This document shows, one piece after another, positions 8,851-19,789 of a stretch of 32,000 bases of DNA. How positions within the stretch are numbered: the stretch's first letter is position 1; each line of letters begins with the position of its first letter. The DNA is from Bacillus subtilis subsp. subtilis str. 168 (GTDB lineage Bacteria; Bacillota; Bacilli; Bacillales; Bacillaceae). A model generated the notes under the pieces. The model ran no database searches. It worked only from the letters and a program-made list of their open reading frames with translations, and was not told the DNA's origin. The position numbers were made by a program, and so were the translations under genes. The stretch spans positions 4,140,001-4,172,000 of the forward strand of contig NC_000964.3 of the NCBI RefSeq assembly GCF_000009045.1, written 5' to 3'.

Positions 8851-9645
8851 TTATACAGCGCAAAGCGGAGTGGCCTTCTTCGGATCGGTGTCGTATAAGT
8901 CAAATGTCTCACCCGTCACAAATCCTTTAGAAGCCAATGTCTGCTGCACAGACATTCTTGCCAGCTCCTTCATGTTGTTGTCCTGGCTCAAATGCGCCAG
9001 GTAAATACGAGACGTCTCATCGCCAATGACATCCGTCATCGCCAAGGCAGCATCTTCATTTGACACGTGCCCGACGTCACTTAAAATCCGCCGCTTAATG
9101 CTCCATGGGTATCTTCCCATTTGCAGCATACCGACATCGTGATTGCTTTCAAACACAAATACATTCGCTGAACGGATAATGCCTTTCATCCGGTCGCTGA
9201 CATATCCCGTATCTGTCATTAACGCGAGCTTTCGGCCGCTATAATGGAATACATAAAACATCGGTTCCGCCGCATCGTGGGAAACGCCAAACGATTCAAC
9301 ATCAAGTCCGCCGAACGACTTCACCGTCTCCATTGGAAATACAAACTTTTGATCGGTGTCAATTTTGCCGATTTGATTCTCCATCGCTTTCCAAGTCTTC
9401 TCATTCGCATAGATCGGAAGCTTGTACTTTCTGGCGACGACACCAAGGCCCTTAATATGGTCACTATGCTCATGCGTCACAAAAATGCCGTCTACATCAT
9501 CCAGCTTACGCCCGATCTGCGCCATCAGCCCATCCATGGCTTTTCCGCTCAAACCGGCGTCCACTAAAAATGCGTGATCCTCTGTTTCGAGGTAAAACGC
9601 ATTTCCCGTACTCCCGCTCGCAAGTACGCTAAATTGCAAGCTCAT
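8851..9645 (-). CDS. walJ: Metallo-beta-lactamase-fold protein WalJ (YycJ)
   Basis: 264-aa ORF with the HEHSDH motif, in the conserved position after walI. Confidence 0.92.
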
Positions 9646-9666
9646 GTTTGTCTCACTCCATTATTT

Positions 9667-10509
9667 TCATTGATCTGTATCTAAAATCGTACTCTCCAAA
9701 GCATTCACAGTAAAATACTCTTGTACTGTCTTTTTCTCACCGTTCACTTTTTTCTCGTACTCGACCGTAATTCTCCATACCGGCGCCAGCACCTGCGTAC
9801 TTGTCAGCGGATATTGTGCTACATAGCCGAATTTACAGCTCTTCACAGTGCTGTATTCTTTTAATTGATTTTGATAGTACAATAGCTCAACCGCATCCAT
9901 TTCAGTAATTAAGCTTTCTTTCTGGATTTGCTTGAAGGTCTCAAGCGTAGTCTGGTCGTATGACACAACCTCGTTTTTACCGTTTAAGTGCAGCACCACT
10001 TGCCCGATCATATTAGAGGGATTGTCGGTCTTTTGGTAAATATAATGACCTTCGTACGTTTGGAAGAAAATAATTTCTTTCTTCGATTTATCAACCTTCC
10101 AAAGCTTATATTTTTCGCCATCTTGAATTTTCGAAGAAACAAGTGCCTGAGCATCGTCCTCGATATCCTTCTTTGATAGTGCGATTGGATTTGCAAACTT
10201 CATTTTCAGGCTCGTTACTTTATGATCATCACTAGGCATGTCCATCAAAGGCTTTTGATCCTTCAGCGCCTCAATTTCCTCCTTGGAGAAAGACTTTTGA
10301 TTTGCCGTGATCCGATAGCCTTCTGTTGCTTCCTTATTCAAGCCTTCATACGTGATATGATCGGCCTTCATGTCATGCTCGACATCATTTTTAATGACTT
10401 CATATTCTTTGCCGGTAGCCTGCCATTTTTGAAAAAACTGATAGCCTAAGAAAATATCTAAAATGAGGAAGGCAACGATGAAGATTGATTTTGTCTTATT
10501 CCACTCCAC
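9667..10509 (-). CDS. walI: WalK-regulating membrane protein WalI (YycI)
   Basis: 280-aa ORF with a single N-terminal TM segment. Its start overlaps the walH 3' end by 14 nt. Confidence 0.9.
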
Positions 10510-11863
10510 TGTTAGCCCCCTCCTTCCTCAATAAATCCTTTGTAATCGGCACAATTTTTCCATTTACTTTCATCGCCCAAACCGGTTCCAGTTCAACGAG
10601 AGGATCATCGTTGGTTGATGTTGATACCAATTGATAAGCAAGGAAGATCTGATCAATTTTGTCCGTATCATAAGCGGTTTGTTTCGAAAGCAGCATCTTC
10701 ACTTCGCTGCCGCCCATGAGCTCTGTTTCACTTGTTTTAATCGGATTCGTTCCGAGACTGTAATTCGGCCGCTTATAGCTGAGAATATCATCATTCGCCC
10801 ATTGCACCGTAATCGCCGATGTCGCCCCGAAAGGTTTGGCGGTGCTGTTAATGACCGGGATCTGATCCATAAAAATATAGAAGCTCAACTGCTGGCTGTC
10901 ATTGATATTGAAAAATTGATAGTGATCCGTCCAGCTTCCGGTATCCTCAAGGTATTTTTGGCTCTTTTTGATTAATTCACCTGTTTGATAGGATGTGCTC
11001 TGCACCAAATTGCGCTGCTGAAATTGCACCTGTCTCTGGCTTAGATTCACATCTAACCGGCTGATCCCATCTGTCAGCACATTTCTGTTGTTGTAATTCG
11101 AATCTTCTCTTACAATGCTCGGATCACTAAACAAAGCCTGCTTAAAGGTATTTGTTTTAATCGATTCTGTGACAAATTCTTTTTTGTCCATCGTAAGCGG
11201 TTTGTTCGGCAGCAAGAACTCTTTCTTTGAGCCAATGGAGAACAAACTGAACGCCGGCATATTTGATTGCCTGTTTTTCAAGTCGTTCATAATGTTCCGG
11301 TAGTTTGCTGATTCAACCGTCACTTCAAGAATGAGCTGCTTGCTGTATGACACCAAATAGATTTTCTTGTTCGCTTTTGTTTCATTGAACGGGATCAGAA
11401 TATGGTCAAACGAACTGTATTCAAACGACTGATTAGACCATTTAAACAGCGTTTGGAAAATATCAATCGGGATCGTATCGCTGAATTGCAAGTCAAGCTT
11501 GGCTTCAGAACCGCCTATTCCATAAAACCAGCTTTTGAATCCAGCCTTGTCATACTGATCCGAAATATCTTTAATTCCTTTCACATCCCAATGCGGCAAG
11601 TCAGACCAAATTTCTTCATAGAGGGCATTGTCATCCACTTTGTAATGAGCGCCGTCATCATGGATAAACATGTCCCTTGGCCTTACCGTTTCAGACAGCT
11701 TTTGGGTGGTTTTTTCGATTTTATGTTTCACACGAACAGTAGACTCTGTTGAGGATGAGCCTTCAGAAAAGTTTGGCTGGAACGTCCATATCCCCCATGT
11801 AAAAACAAGACTGATGACGACGAGTACCGTAAGTAATATCGTTTTTATATTTTCACGCTTCAT
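10496..11863 (-). CDS. walH: WalK-regulating membrane protein WalH (YycH)
   Basis: I place the start at [11 protein letters not shown] (ATG at 11863, 455 aa), which overlaps the walK stop codon. The track start at 11872 is an alternative. Confidence 0.88.
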
Positions 11864-13688
11864 CCCAATCATCCTCTTGTTCCTCTTTATATGGAAGAGT
11901 AAATGTAATCGTCGTGCCTTTTCCTTCTATGCTGTCCGCCCAAATATCTCCACCGTGCGCCTGTACCATTTCCTTGGCAATCGCCAATCCCAGACCGGTG
12001 CCGCCAAGCTTTCTCGTTCTCGCTTTATCCACCCTGTAGAAGCGGTCAAAGACTTTTTCGACATCTTTTTTCGGAATGCCGATCCCTTCATCCTTCACGC
12101 TGATATAGAGAAGTTCTTCCTCTTCATTGACATCAATCGAGAACGTGACATGTCCGCCTTCCGGTGAATATTTTAAAGCGTTAGAAATAATATTATCGAG
12201 CACCTGCGTTATTTTATCCTGGTCAATCTCGACATACAGATCTCTGTCCGGCAGATTGCGGATAAACTCCACATGCTGCTCTTTTGTCATTTCAAAACGG
12301 TCAATAATAAGTGACATAAACCGGACAATCTGAATCCATTCCCGGTTAAATTGATAATCTTTACTGTCAAATTTCGACAGCTGAAGCAGATCATTGACAA
12401 GCCGGATCATACGCTCTGTTTCATTTTGCGTCACCATTAAGAAGCGCGGAGCAATGTCTTTATTTTCCCACGCGCCTTCAGCTAACGCTTCTAAATAGCT
12501 GCGCATTGTCGTAAGCGGCGTCCGCAGCTCATGTGATACATTCGCAACGAATTCTCTGCGTTCCTGATCCATTTTCTCTTGTTCGGTTACATCGTAAATG
12601 ACAGCGATTAAACCATCAATTTTGCCGTGTTCCCTTTGAATCACAGAGAAATTCACGCGAAGCACCGTTAATTCATCATCGCGCTCAATTTCAAGCAGCA
12701 TAGAATCCTGCTGTTCCACTAAATCTTCAAAAGTATAATTCTCTTGAAGCCCCAGCAAACTCGTAATCGGCATTTCTAAGGCTGTTTCACGTGAAACGTT
12801 CAACAGTTCCAGCGCCGGGCTGTTTAAGAGAATAATCGCTCCGTTTCGGTTTGTGGCGATAACGCCGTCTGTCATATAAGCAATGACAGAGGCTAGCTTT
12901 CTGCGTTCTCCTTCAGTCATCGCCTGGGCATCTTCAAGCTCTCTCGTTAAGTGGTTAAACGTTGTGGCCAGCTGCCCAATTTCATCATGTCCATACTTTT
13001 TAACCTTCCTCGAGAAATTCCCTTTCGCAAGCTCCATCGCCTGCTTTCGCATATCTGAAAGCGGGTGGGTAATGGTTCTTGCCAGAAAAATACCGAGAAG
13101 AGCCGTCAAAACAAGTGCCAAACCTGTGCCGGACGCCAGTATCGTGTTGATCGTCTTCATTTGATTAAAGACATCTTCCATACTCGCGACAACGTAGATC
13201 GCGCCCACAACCTCTTGGTTTTCAGTCATGACGGGCTTCGCGGAAATAAGAACTCTGATTTTGCTTTTCGGGTCATAATATTTTCTTAAATACGACTGTT
13301 TGGTAGAAAAGATTCTTTTGAAAATCAGATCGGTCGTTTGTTTCCCAGCCACTTCCTCACCGTACGGCTTTGAAGAACCGACCACTTCATAGCTTTTATC
13401 TACAAAGCTAATTTCCCGAACCTCATCACTTTTCGTGAAGTCATTCAAAATACGGCTGACGTCATCCTTTATGACGGTACTGTCGTTATCGCTCTTATAT
13501 TCTTGTTCGATATAATAAGAAAGGTTGTCGATTCGCTGATTCAGCGATTGTTCATAAGAGCTGATCAGCGACTTCTCTACCTGATTGACAAAATACACAC
13601 CAATGATTTGCATGGCAATGATAATCAAAAGCACATAAATCAAGGTAATCTTAAATTGGATCGACCGAAAAAAACCAACCTTATTCAT
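11853..13688 (-). CDS. walK: Essential cell-wall-homeostasis sensor histidine kinase WalK (YycG)
   Basis: 611 aa with two TM segments, HAMP, PAS, the SHELRTP H-box and an HATPase_c domain. Confidence 0.96.
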   Translation of the reverse strand: MNKVGFFRSIQFKITLIYVLLIIIAMQIIGVYFVNQVEKSLISSYEQSLNQRIDNLSYYIEQEYKSDNDSTVIKDDVSRILNDFTKSDEVREISFVDKSYEVVGSSKPYGEEVAGKQTTDLIFKRIFSTKQSYLRKYYDPKSKIRVLISAKPVMTENQEVVGAIYVVASMEDVFNQMKTINTILASGTGLALVLTALLGIFLARTITHPLSDMRKQAMELAKGNFSRKVKKYGHDEIGQLATTFNHLTRELEDAQAMTEGERRKLASVIAYMTDGVIATNRNGAIILLNSPALELLNVSRETALEMPITSLLGLQENYTFEDLVEQQDSMLLEIERDDELTVLRVNFSVIQREHGKIDGLIAVIYDVTEQEKMDQERREFVANVSHELRTPLTTMRSYLEALAEGAWENKDIAPRFLMVTQNETERMIRLVNDLLQLSKFDSKDYQFNREWIQIVRFMSLIIDRFEMTKEQHVEFIRNLPDRDLYVEIDQDKITQVLDNIISNALKYSPEGGHVTFSIDVNEEEELLYISVKDEGIGIPKKDVEKVFDRFYRVDKARTRKLGGTGLGLAIAKEMVQAHGGDIWADSIEGKGTTITFTLPYKEEQEDDWDEA

Positions 13689-13695
13689 ATGGGCA

Positions 13696-14403
13696 TTAGT
13701 CCTGTTCTGGGTTTCTCAAGTAATAACCTACACCACGGCGTGTGACGATCCAATTTGGATGGCTCGGGTTGTCCTCGATTTTTTCACGAAGCCGGCGGAC
13801 TGTTACGTCAACCGTTCTGACATCGCCGAAGTAATCATAGCCCCAAACGGTTTGAAGCAAATGTTCACGGGTCATCACTTGTCCGATATGTTTTGCTAAA
13901 TAATGAAGCAATTCGAACTCACGATGAGTCAATTCGATTGTTTCGTCTCGTTTTGATACAACGTACGCGTCAGGGAAGATGACGAGAGAGCCGATATGAA
14001 TCTCGTTAGAGGAAGGCTCTTCCTCCGCAGGCGCTGTTGTCAGCTGGCGGCGCAGGTTCGCTTTTACACGCGCCAAGAGCTCGCGTGTGCTGAATGGTTT
14101 TGTGACATAGTCATCAGCACCGATTTCAAGCCCGATAACCTTGTCAATTTCTGAATCCTTAGCCGTCAGCATAATGATTGGCATATCGTATTTCTTTCTG
14201 ACTTCGCGGCATACTTCAACGCCGTCTTTATTTGGGAGCATAATATCTAAAAGAATTAAATCAGGCTGAAGCTCTTCTACCATTTCAACGGCTTCGTTTC
14301 CGTCGTGGGCACAGTGCACTTCATAGCCTTCTTTTCTTAAGTTAAATTCCAATATATCTGCAATCGGTTTTTCATCATCTACTACAAGGATCTTTTTATC
14401 CAT
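13696..14403 (-). CDS. walR: Essential OmpR-family response regulator WalR (YycF)
   Basis: [11 protein letters not shown] starts a receiver domain followed by a winged-helix domain (235 aa). A GGAGGAAAA SD lies upstream. An adjacent ATG at 14406 is an equally spaced alternative start. Confidence 0.93.
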   Translation of the reverse strand: MDKKILVVDDEKPIADILEFNLRKEGYEVHCAHDGNEAVEMVEELQPDLILLDIMLPNKDGVEVCREVRKKYDMPIIMLTAKDSEIDKVIGLEIGADDYVTKPFSTRELLARVKANLRRQLTTAPAEEEPSSNEIHIGSLVIFPDAYVVSKRDETIELTHREFELLHYLAKHIGQVMTREHLLQTVWGYDYFGDVRTVDVTVRRLREKIEDNPSHPNWIVTRRGVGYYLRNPEQD

Positions 14404-14676
14404 CATTTTGATTTTCCTCCTGCCGAATGACTTCATTTCATCTATATAACATTCGTTTCATCACTTATGGCCCATGTAAAGAATGGGTCCTTGTCTATTA
14501 TAACGGTTTAAGGTCAAAAGATAAAAAAAATAAAGGTTTAGAAAAAAAACACATGTTTCACCTTTATCGCCAGTTGTTTATCTATTGTCATGCTGGTCAA
14601 CTTTTTTTAAAAAAGATAACTTTATTGAAACCTCCCCTCACCGGAGTGCGTCTTTATCAATGACGTCTTCTTCTTT

Positions 14677-14698
14677 GAACCGGCCGCAGGGCCGGTTC
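14677..14698. other. Isolated 9-bp GC hairpin (GAACCGGCC-GCAG-GGCCGGTTC)
   Basis: This is a perfect inverted repeat with a T-rich tail only on the plus strand (TCCCTTTTTCTTC). It lies between the trnY terminator and the walR promoter region, and no gene is attached to it. Confidence 0.4.
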
Positions 14699-14747
14699 TC
14701 CCTTTTTCTTCTATTATAACACTCCTCATGTTTGCCTTTTTCCTAAA

Positions 14748-14779
14748 AGAAAAAACGCACCTACGATTGCAGATGCGTT
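14748..14779 (-). terminator. trnY operon terminator
   Basis: The minus strand reads ACGCATCT-GCAATCGT-AGGTGCGT followed by TTTTTTC, just after tRNA-Phe. Confidence 0.6.
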
Positions 14780-14786
14780 TGGTAAG

Positions 14787-14859
<73 letters not shown>

Positions 14860-14894
14860 AAATGTTTTATTTTTCTCTACTAAGTAAAGTAAAA

Positions 14895-14971
14895 TGGCGG
14901 TCCGGACGGGACTCGAACCCGCGACCTCCTGCGTGACAGGCAGGCATTCTAACCAACTGAACTACCGGACC
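14895..14971 (-). tRNA. trnY-Asp: tRNA-Asp (anticodon GTC), CCA encoded
   Basis: The reverse complement reads GGTCCGGTAGTTCAGTTGGTTAGAATGCCTGCCTGTCACGCAGGAGGTCGCGGGTTCGAGTCCCGTCCGGACCGCCA. Confidence 0.93.
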
Positions 14972-15052
14972 TTACAGTAATTGCCCGGAGAGCTGTCGTG
15001 TCAGCTCTCACAGACAAATAAGGAATTTAGCAATAACGCTAAAGTAAATCAA

Positions 15053-15124
15053 TGACCCGTACGGGATTCGAACCCGTGTTACCGCCGTGAAAGGGCGGTG
15101 TCTTAACCGCTTGACCAACGGGCC
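15053..15124 (-). tRNA. trnY-Glu: tRNA-Glu (anticodon TTC), 3' CCA not encoded
   Basis: The reverse complement reads GGCCCGTTGGTCAAGCGGTTAAGACACCGCCCTTTCACGGCGGTAACACGGGTTCGAATCCCGTACGGGTCA. Confidence 0.93.
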
Positions 15125-15133
15125 TTCACGAAA

Positions 15134-15209
15134 TGGTGAGCCATGAAGGACTCGAACCTTCGACCCTCTGATTAAAAGTCAGATGCTCTACCAACTGAGC
15201 TAATGGCTC
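15134..15209 (-). tRNA. trnY-Lys: tRNA-Lys (anticodon TTT), CCA encoded
   Basis: The reverse complement reads GAGCCATTAGCTCAGTTGGTAGAGCATCTGACTTTTAATCAGAGGGTCGAAGGTTCGAGTCCTTCATGGCTCACCA. Confidence 0.93.
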
Positions 15210-15300
15210 TTAAAGATGTCGGAATTTCTATAGAGCAAACGACTTAAATCTAGTTCTCATCTTGTACTCTATTGAAGCAGTTTCCGTAACAACGAGATTT

Positions 15301-15365
15301 ATAATATCACGAACAAATAGAAGTGGCAATAACTTTTTTGGTTTTTTTTCATATTTTTTTCTCAG
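15301..15365 (-). promoter_or_regulatory. SigA promoter of the trnY tRNA operon with A/T-rich UP-like region
   Basis: The minus strand has TTGCCA (15324-15329), a 17-nt spacer and TATTAT (15301-06), with a TGn extended -10. Long A/T runs (15330-15365) lie upstream. Confidence 0.6.
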
Positions 15366-15385
15366 ACCAACTTATATGCGGCTTT

Positions 15386-15419
15386 CAAACAAAAACAAGC
15401 CCCTTAAATAGGGGCTTGC
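15386..15419 (-). terminator. purA terminator
   Basis: The minus strand reads CAAGCCCCT-ATTTA-AGGGGCTTG followed by TTTTTGTTTG, 14 nt after the purA stop. Confidence 0.72.
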
Positions 15420-15432
15420 AGACATATTCTAT

Positions 15433-16740
<1,308 letters not shown>

Positions 16741-16775
16741 TTAACCTTTCAAAACGATTCTATTCAAACAAATCA

Positions 16776-16804
16776 AGTTTATCAGTGAAGAAACAGAAAG
16801 TCAA
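16776..16804 (-). promoter_or_regulatory. Candidate SigA promoter of purA
   Basis: The minus strand reads TTGACT-17-TAAACT, immediately downstream of the PurBox pair. Confidence 0.45.
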
Positions 16805-16808
16805 TTGT

Positions 16809-16850
16809 AAATCCGAACATTAATTTATTGTAAATCTATATTCGTTCGCT
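16809..16850. promoter_or_regulatory. PurR operator (PurBox pair)
   Basis: 16809-16821 reads AAATCCGAACATT, a 13/13 match to AWWWCCGAACWWT. An inverted, degenerate CGAAC-core box (GTTCG at 16844-48) lies about 16 bp away. This is the arrangement described for PurR-controlled promoters, including purA. Confidence 0.62.
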
Positions 16851-16930
16851 TCCATTCGTTTTATAAGCGTTTTCTCACTGCTTTGTCATAAAAAGCTTGC
16901 GAAACTTTCATCCTTTAGCATAAGAAAGAA

Positions 16931-17350
16931 TCACTTGCCTGATATCCCTTTTGAATTCATAAAAACGATCCGCCAGCCGTCCGGGTCCTCTATCGTCACG
17001 CCCCCATTGCTCCAGTACGGGTTCTCTGATTCGACCTCTTGATAGCCCATGTGCTTTAGCTTTGAAGTGATCGCTGCCAGTTCAACTGCATTCGGCACAT
17101 AAAAAACAAGAAGGCTGTCGGGATGGGGAACGGGGGCAGTGCTTCCCCCTTCATACTGGGTGAATTCCAAATGATAATCGGCATGAGGAAGGCCGAACAT
17201 GACACCGTCATACCCGTTATGCTGTGAAAATTCTCCTATTCGTTTCAAACACAGTCCCTCTTCGTAAAAACGAATAATCTCATCAAGCTGGCCCGTAGGA
17301 CGCGCAATTCGGATTTGTGCTGCTTGAAAAGACGAAAAACGTTTTCCCAT
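16931..17350 (-). CDS. yycE: Glyoxalase/bleomycin-resistance-fold (VOC family) protein
   Basis: I place the start at MGKRFSSFQAAQIRIARPT, after an AAAGGAGA SD (139 aa). The track start at 17377 lacks an SD. Confidence 0.82.
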   Translation of the reverse strand: MGKRFSSFQAAQIRIARPTGQLDEIIRFYEEGLCLKRIGEFSQHNGYDGVMFGLPHADYHLEFTQYEGGSTAPVPHPDSLLVFYVPNAVELAAITSKLKHMGYQEVESENPYWSNGGVTIEDPDGWRIVFMNSKGISGK

Positions 17351-17441
17351 ATTGTTACCATCTCCTTTTTGCACCATTTTATTAAAACGCTTTCAATTTT
17401 TCATCCGCTGAGCGAACGTCATTTCTTCCATCTTTCGAATG

Positions 17442-17469
17442 AAAAAAACCCCAAGAGCAGCTCTTGGGG
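17442..17469 (-). terminator. dnaC terminator
   Basis: The minus strand reads CCCCAAGAG-CTG-CTCTTGGGG followed by TTTTTTTC, directly after the dnaC stop. Confidence 0.72.
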
Positions 17470-17470
17470 C

Positions 17471-18835
17471 TTATGCGCCGGGCGGAACGCCTGCGTCATC
17501 AAAACGCCGTTCCAGGTTGACGAATTTGTTGTATTCTTTTACGAACGCAAGAGACACGGTTCCTACCGGGCCGTTACGCTGTTTGGCGATAATAATTTCG
17601 ATAATATTTTTATTCTCGGTTTCTTTGTCATAGTAGTCATCACGATAAAGGAACGCGACAATATCCGCGTCCTGCTCGATACTTCCTGATTCCCGGATAT
17701 CAGACATCATCGGACGTTTATCCTGACGCTGCTCAACACCCCTGGAAAGCTGAGAAAGCGCGATAACAGGGACTTGCAGCTCCCTCGCAATCGACTTCAG
17801 TTCACGGGAAATTTCAGATACTTCCTGCTGACGGTTGTCCTTTGAACGACCGCTTCCCTGAATCAATTGCAGGTAATCGATCAAAATCATGCCCAGCCCG
17901 CTTTCCTGCTTCAAGCGGCGGCACTTGGCACGGATTTCACTCACTCGAATACCCGGTGTATCATCGATGTAAATCCCGCTGTTCGATAGGCTTCCCATTG
18001 CCATCGTCAGCTTGCCCCAATCCTCTTCGGTCAGGTTACCTGTACGGAGATTCTGGGCATTGATATTTCCCTCGGCACAGAGCATACGCATAACGAGCTG
18101 CTCGGCACCCATCTCAAGACTGAAAATCGCTACGCTCTCATCGGTCTTCGTCGCCACGTTTTGTGCGATGTTCAGGGCAAAGGCTGTTTTCCCTACTGAA
18201 GGACGGGCAGCCACAATGATCAAGTCGTTGCGCTGGAAACCCGCAGTCATCCGGTCAAGCTCCGTAAACCCTGTTGGAATTCCCGTGATATCACCTTTTC
18301 GATTGTGAAGCTGTTCGATATTATCATAGGTCTGGACAAGGACGTCCTTAATATTTTGGAAGGCACTCGTGTTTTTGCGCTGTGCCACTTCCATAATCGT
18401 TTTTTCCGCTTCACTGAGTAAATCCTCGACCTCATCCTCACGGGTATACCCGTCTTGAGCAATCGTTGTCGCAGTTCTGATTAATCGGCGAAGAATCGAT
18501 TTTTCCTCAACGATTTTCGCGTAATATTCTATGTTAGCCGCTGTCGGCACCGAGTTTGCGATATCTGTCAAATATGAAATACCGCCTACTTCTTCCAGCA
18601 GGTCTGTGTTCGCAAGCTCTGATGTAACTGTCACCAGATCAACCGGTTCACCTCGGTCACCGAGCACCAGCATCGCATTATAGATTTTTTGGTGGGACAT
18701 TCTATAGAAATCATCTGGAATCAATACTTCTGAAGCCAGTGTTAAAGCAGACGGCTGTAAAAAAATAGCGCCTAACACGGCTTGTTCGGCTTCTATATTT
18801 TGCGGAGGAAGCCGGTCATTCAGAAGGTCTGTCAT
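17471..18835 (-). CDS. dnaC: Replicative DNA helicase (DnaB family; named DnaC in B. subtilis)
   Basis: The start is MTDLLNDRLPPQNIEAEQAVLG (454 aa). The protein has Walker A ARPSVGKT and a C-terminal RecA-like domain. Confidence 0.96.
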   Translation of the reverse strand: MTDLLNDRLPPQNIEAEQAVLGAIFLQPSALTLASEVLIPDDFYRMSHQKIYNAMLVLGDRGEPVDLVTVTSELANTDLLEEVGGISYLTDIANSVPTAANIEYYAKIVEEKSILRRLIRTATTIAQDGYTREDEVEDLLSEAEKTIMEVAQRKNTSAFQNIKDVLVQTYDNIEQLHNRKGDITGIPTGFTELDRMTAGFQRNDLIIVAARPSVGKTAFALNIAQNVATKTDESVAIFSLEMGAEQLVMRMLCAEGNINAQNLRTGNLTEEDWGKLTMAMGSLSNSGIYIDDTPGIRVSEIRAKCRRLKQESGLGMILIDYLQLIQGSGRSKDNRQQEVSEISRELKSIARELQVPVIALSQLSRGVEQRQDKRPMMSDIRESGSIEQDADIVAFLYRDDYYDKETENKNIIEIIIAKQRNGPVGTVSLAFVKEYNKFVNLERRFDDAGVPPGA

Positions 18836-18874
18836 GCTAAGCACCGTCCTCTCATTAAAAAATCTCCAACCTCC

Positions 18875-18883
18875 ATTCTACCA
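18875..18883 (-). promoter_or_regulatory. Candidate extended -10 promoter for dnaC
   Basis: The minus strand reads TGGTAGAAT (TGn + TAGAAT) about 40 nt upstream of the dnaC ATG. No good -35 element is present. Confidence 0.4.
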
Positions 18884-19004
18884 TTTCTACAGAAAAAAAA
18901 TAGAAAAATTGTCTGTTTCCTGTTTTTTTCAGTTAGCAGATTGGATCGTTTCGGACAGTAACAAGGCGGGAAAAATGCAATAAAACATAAGGGAGGAATG
19001 AAAG

Positions 19005-19205
19005 ATGATAAAGAAATATGCGATTACACCTAATGTTGATGCGGACGGCTGGTTTATTGAGGTGGAGAATGTAGCGCCGACAGCTTTGTATACGTCTAAA
19101 GACGCCGCTATTGAAAAGGCCAAACAGGTGGCTAAGGAAAACAGTCCGTCTAAGCTTGTAATTTATGACCAGTTTAAAAATGTGGAAGAAGAACACTCAT
19201 TTTAA
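19005..19205 (+). CDS. yycD: Small conserved protein of unknown function (66 aa)
   Basis: An AAGGGAGGA SD lies 8 nt before the ATG, and the gene has its own terminator downstream. Confidence 0.8.
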   Translation: MIKKYAITPNVDADGWFIEVENVAPTALYTSKDAAIEKAKQVAKENSPSKLVIYDQFKNVEEEHSF

Positions 19206-19211
19206 TGAATG

Positions 19212-19239
19212 AAAGCCTTCGCTGCAGCGAGGGTTTTTT
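19212..19239 (+). terminator. yycD terminator
   Basis: CCTTCGC-TGCA-GCGAGGG is followed by T6. Confidence 0.7.
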
Positions 19240-19252
19240 AGCGGTTATCGGT

Positions 19253-19456
19253 TTATTTCATCCATTGGATGCCTATGTGCATCATCAAATCTGCCGCTTT
19301 TTGATACAGATCCCACTCCCCGATCGAAGCAAATTTCCCCATCAGCTCCTGAAGCTTTAACCTCATTGCTATATATTCTTCGAAAGTGACAGCTTTTTCA
19401 GTGTCTATTTGGTGTTCCTTCAGCATTTGTTTTAATAAGGATAACGGTGCGTGCAT
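19253..19456 (-). CDS. Small hypothetical protein (67 aa)
   Basis: I place the start at MHAPLSLLKQMLKEHQ because an AAGGAGGG SD lies 7 nt upstream. The longer track ORF (to 19489) has no SD. Confidence 0.55.
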   Translation of the reverse strand: MHAPLSLLKQMLKEHQIDTEKAVTFEEYIAMRLKLQELMGKFASIGEWDLYQKAADLMMHIGIQWMK

Positions 19457-19522
19457 AAGAACCCTCCTTACCTCTTTTATAACGGTCATTTTCCGATTGC
19501 TCTATTCCTTTGTGACATCTTC

Positions 19523-19551
19523 TTACATTTCACATCTGATTCTTGTACAAT
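19523..19551 (+). promoter_or_regulatory. Candidate SigA promoter for the 46-codon ORF and yycB
   Basis: The sequence is TTACAT-17-TACAAT. Confidence 0.42.
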
Positions 19552-19576
19552 GGACAGAAGAGAGGAGGGATCTTTT

Positions 19577-19717
19577 GTGAGACCTTTGCAAATTTCTGCC
19601 GAAACTGCACAAAAGCTTGCAGAGTCCTTGAATCTGCCGCTTGAACAGATCATGCATATGCCTCAGCATATTCTGCTTGCCAAAATGGCTGAACTGCAAA
19701 AAGAGGACAAATCATAG
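19577..19717 (+). CDS. Small hypothetical protein (46 aa), YycC-position ORF
   Basis: A GTG at 19577 follows a GAGAGGAGGGA SD. It encodes VRPLQISAETAQKLAESLNLPLEQIMHMPQHILLAKMAELQKEDKS. The upstream part of the track ORF is promoter sequence. Confidence 0.55.
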   Translation: MRPLQISAETAQKLAESLNLPLEQIMHMPQHILLAKMAELQKEDKS

Positions 19718-19789
19718 CCTTCATTCACATACTTGCTTACCTGTTTCGGGATAATATCATGTATATGTTAGAAAAGAGGAGTAACTGCT

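Noticed and set aside
12025-12033. DnaA-box-like TTATCCACC, found while searching for origin-proximal DnaA box clusters
   Set aside because: It is a single 8/9 match inside the walK coding sequence. I saw no cluster of boxes anywhere in the window.
11670-12167. 165-aa plus-strand ORF spanning the walH/walK junction
   Set aside because: It is antisense to two well-supported overlapping genes. It has no SD and a low-complexity hydrophobic composition.
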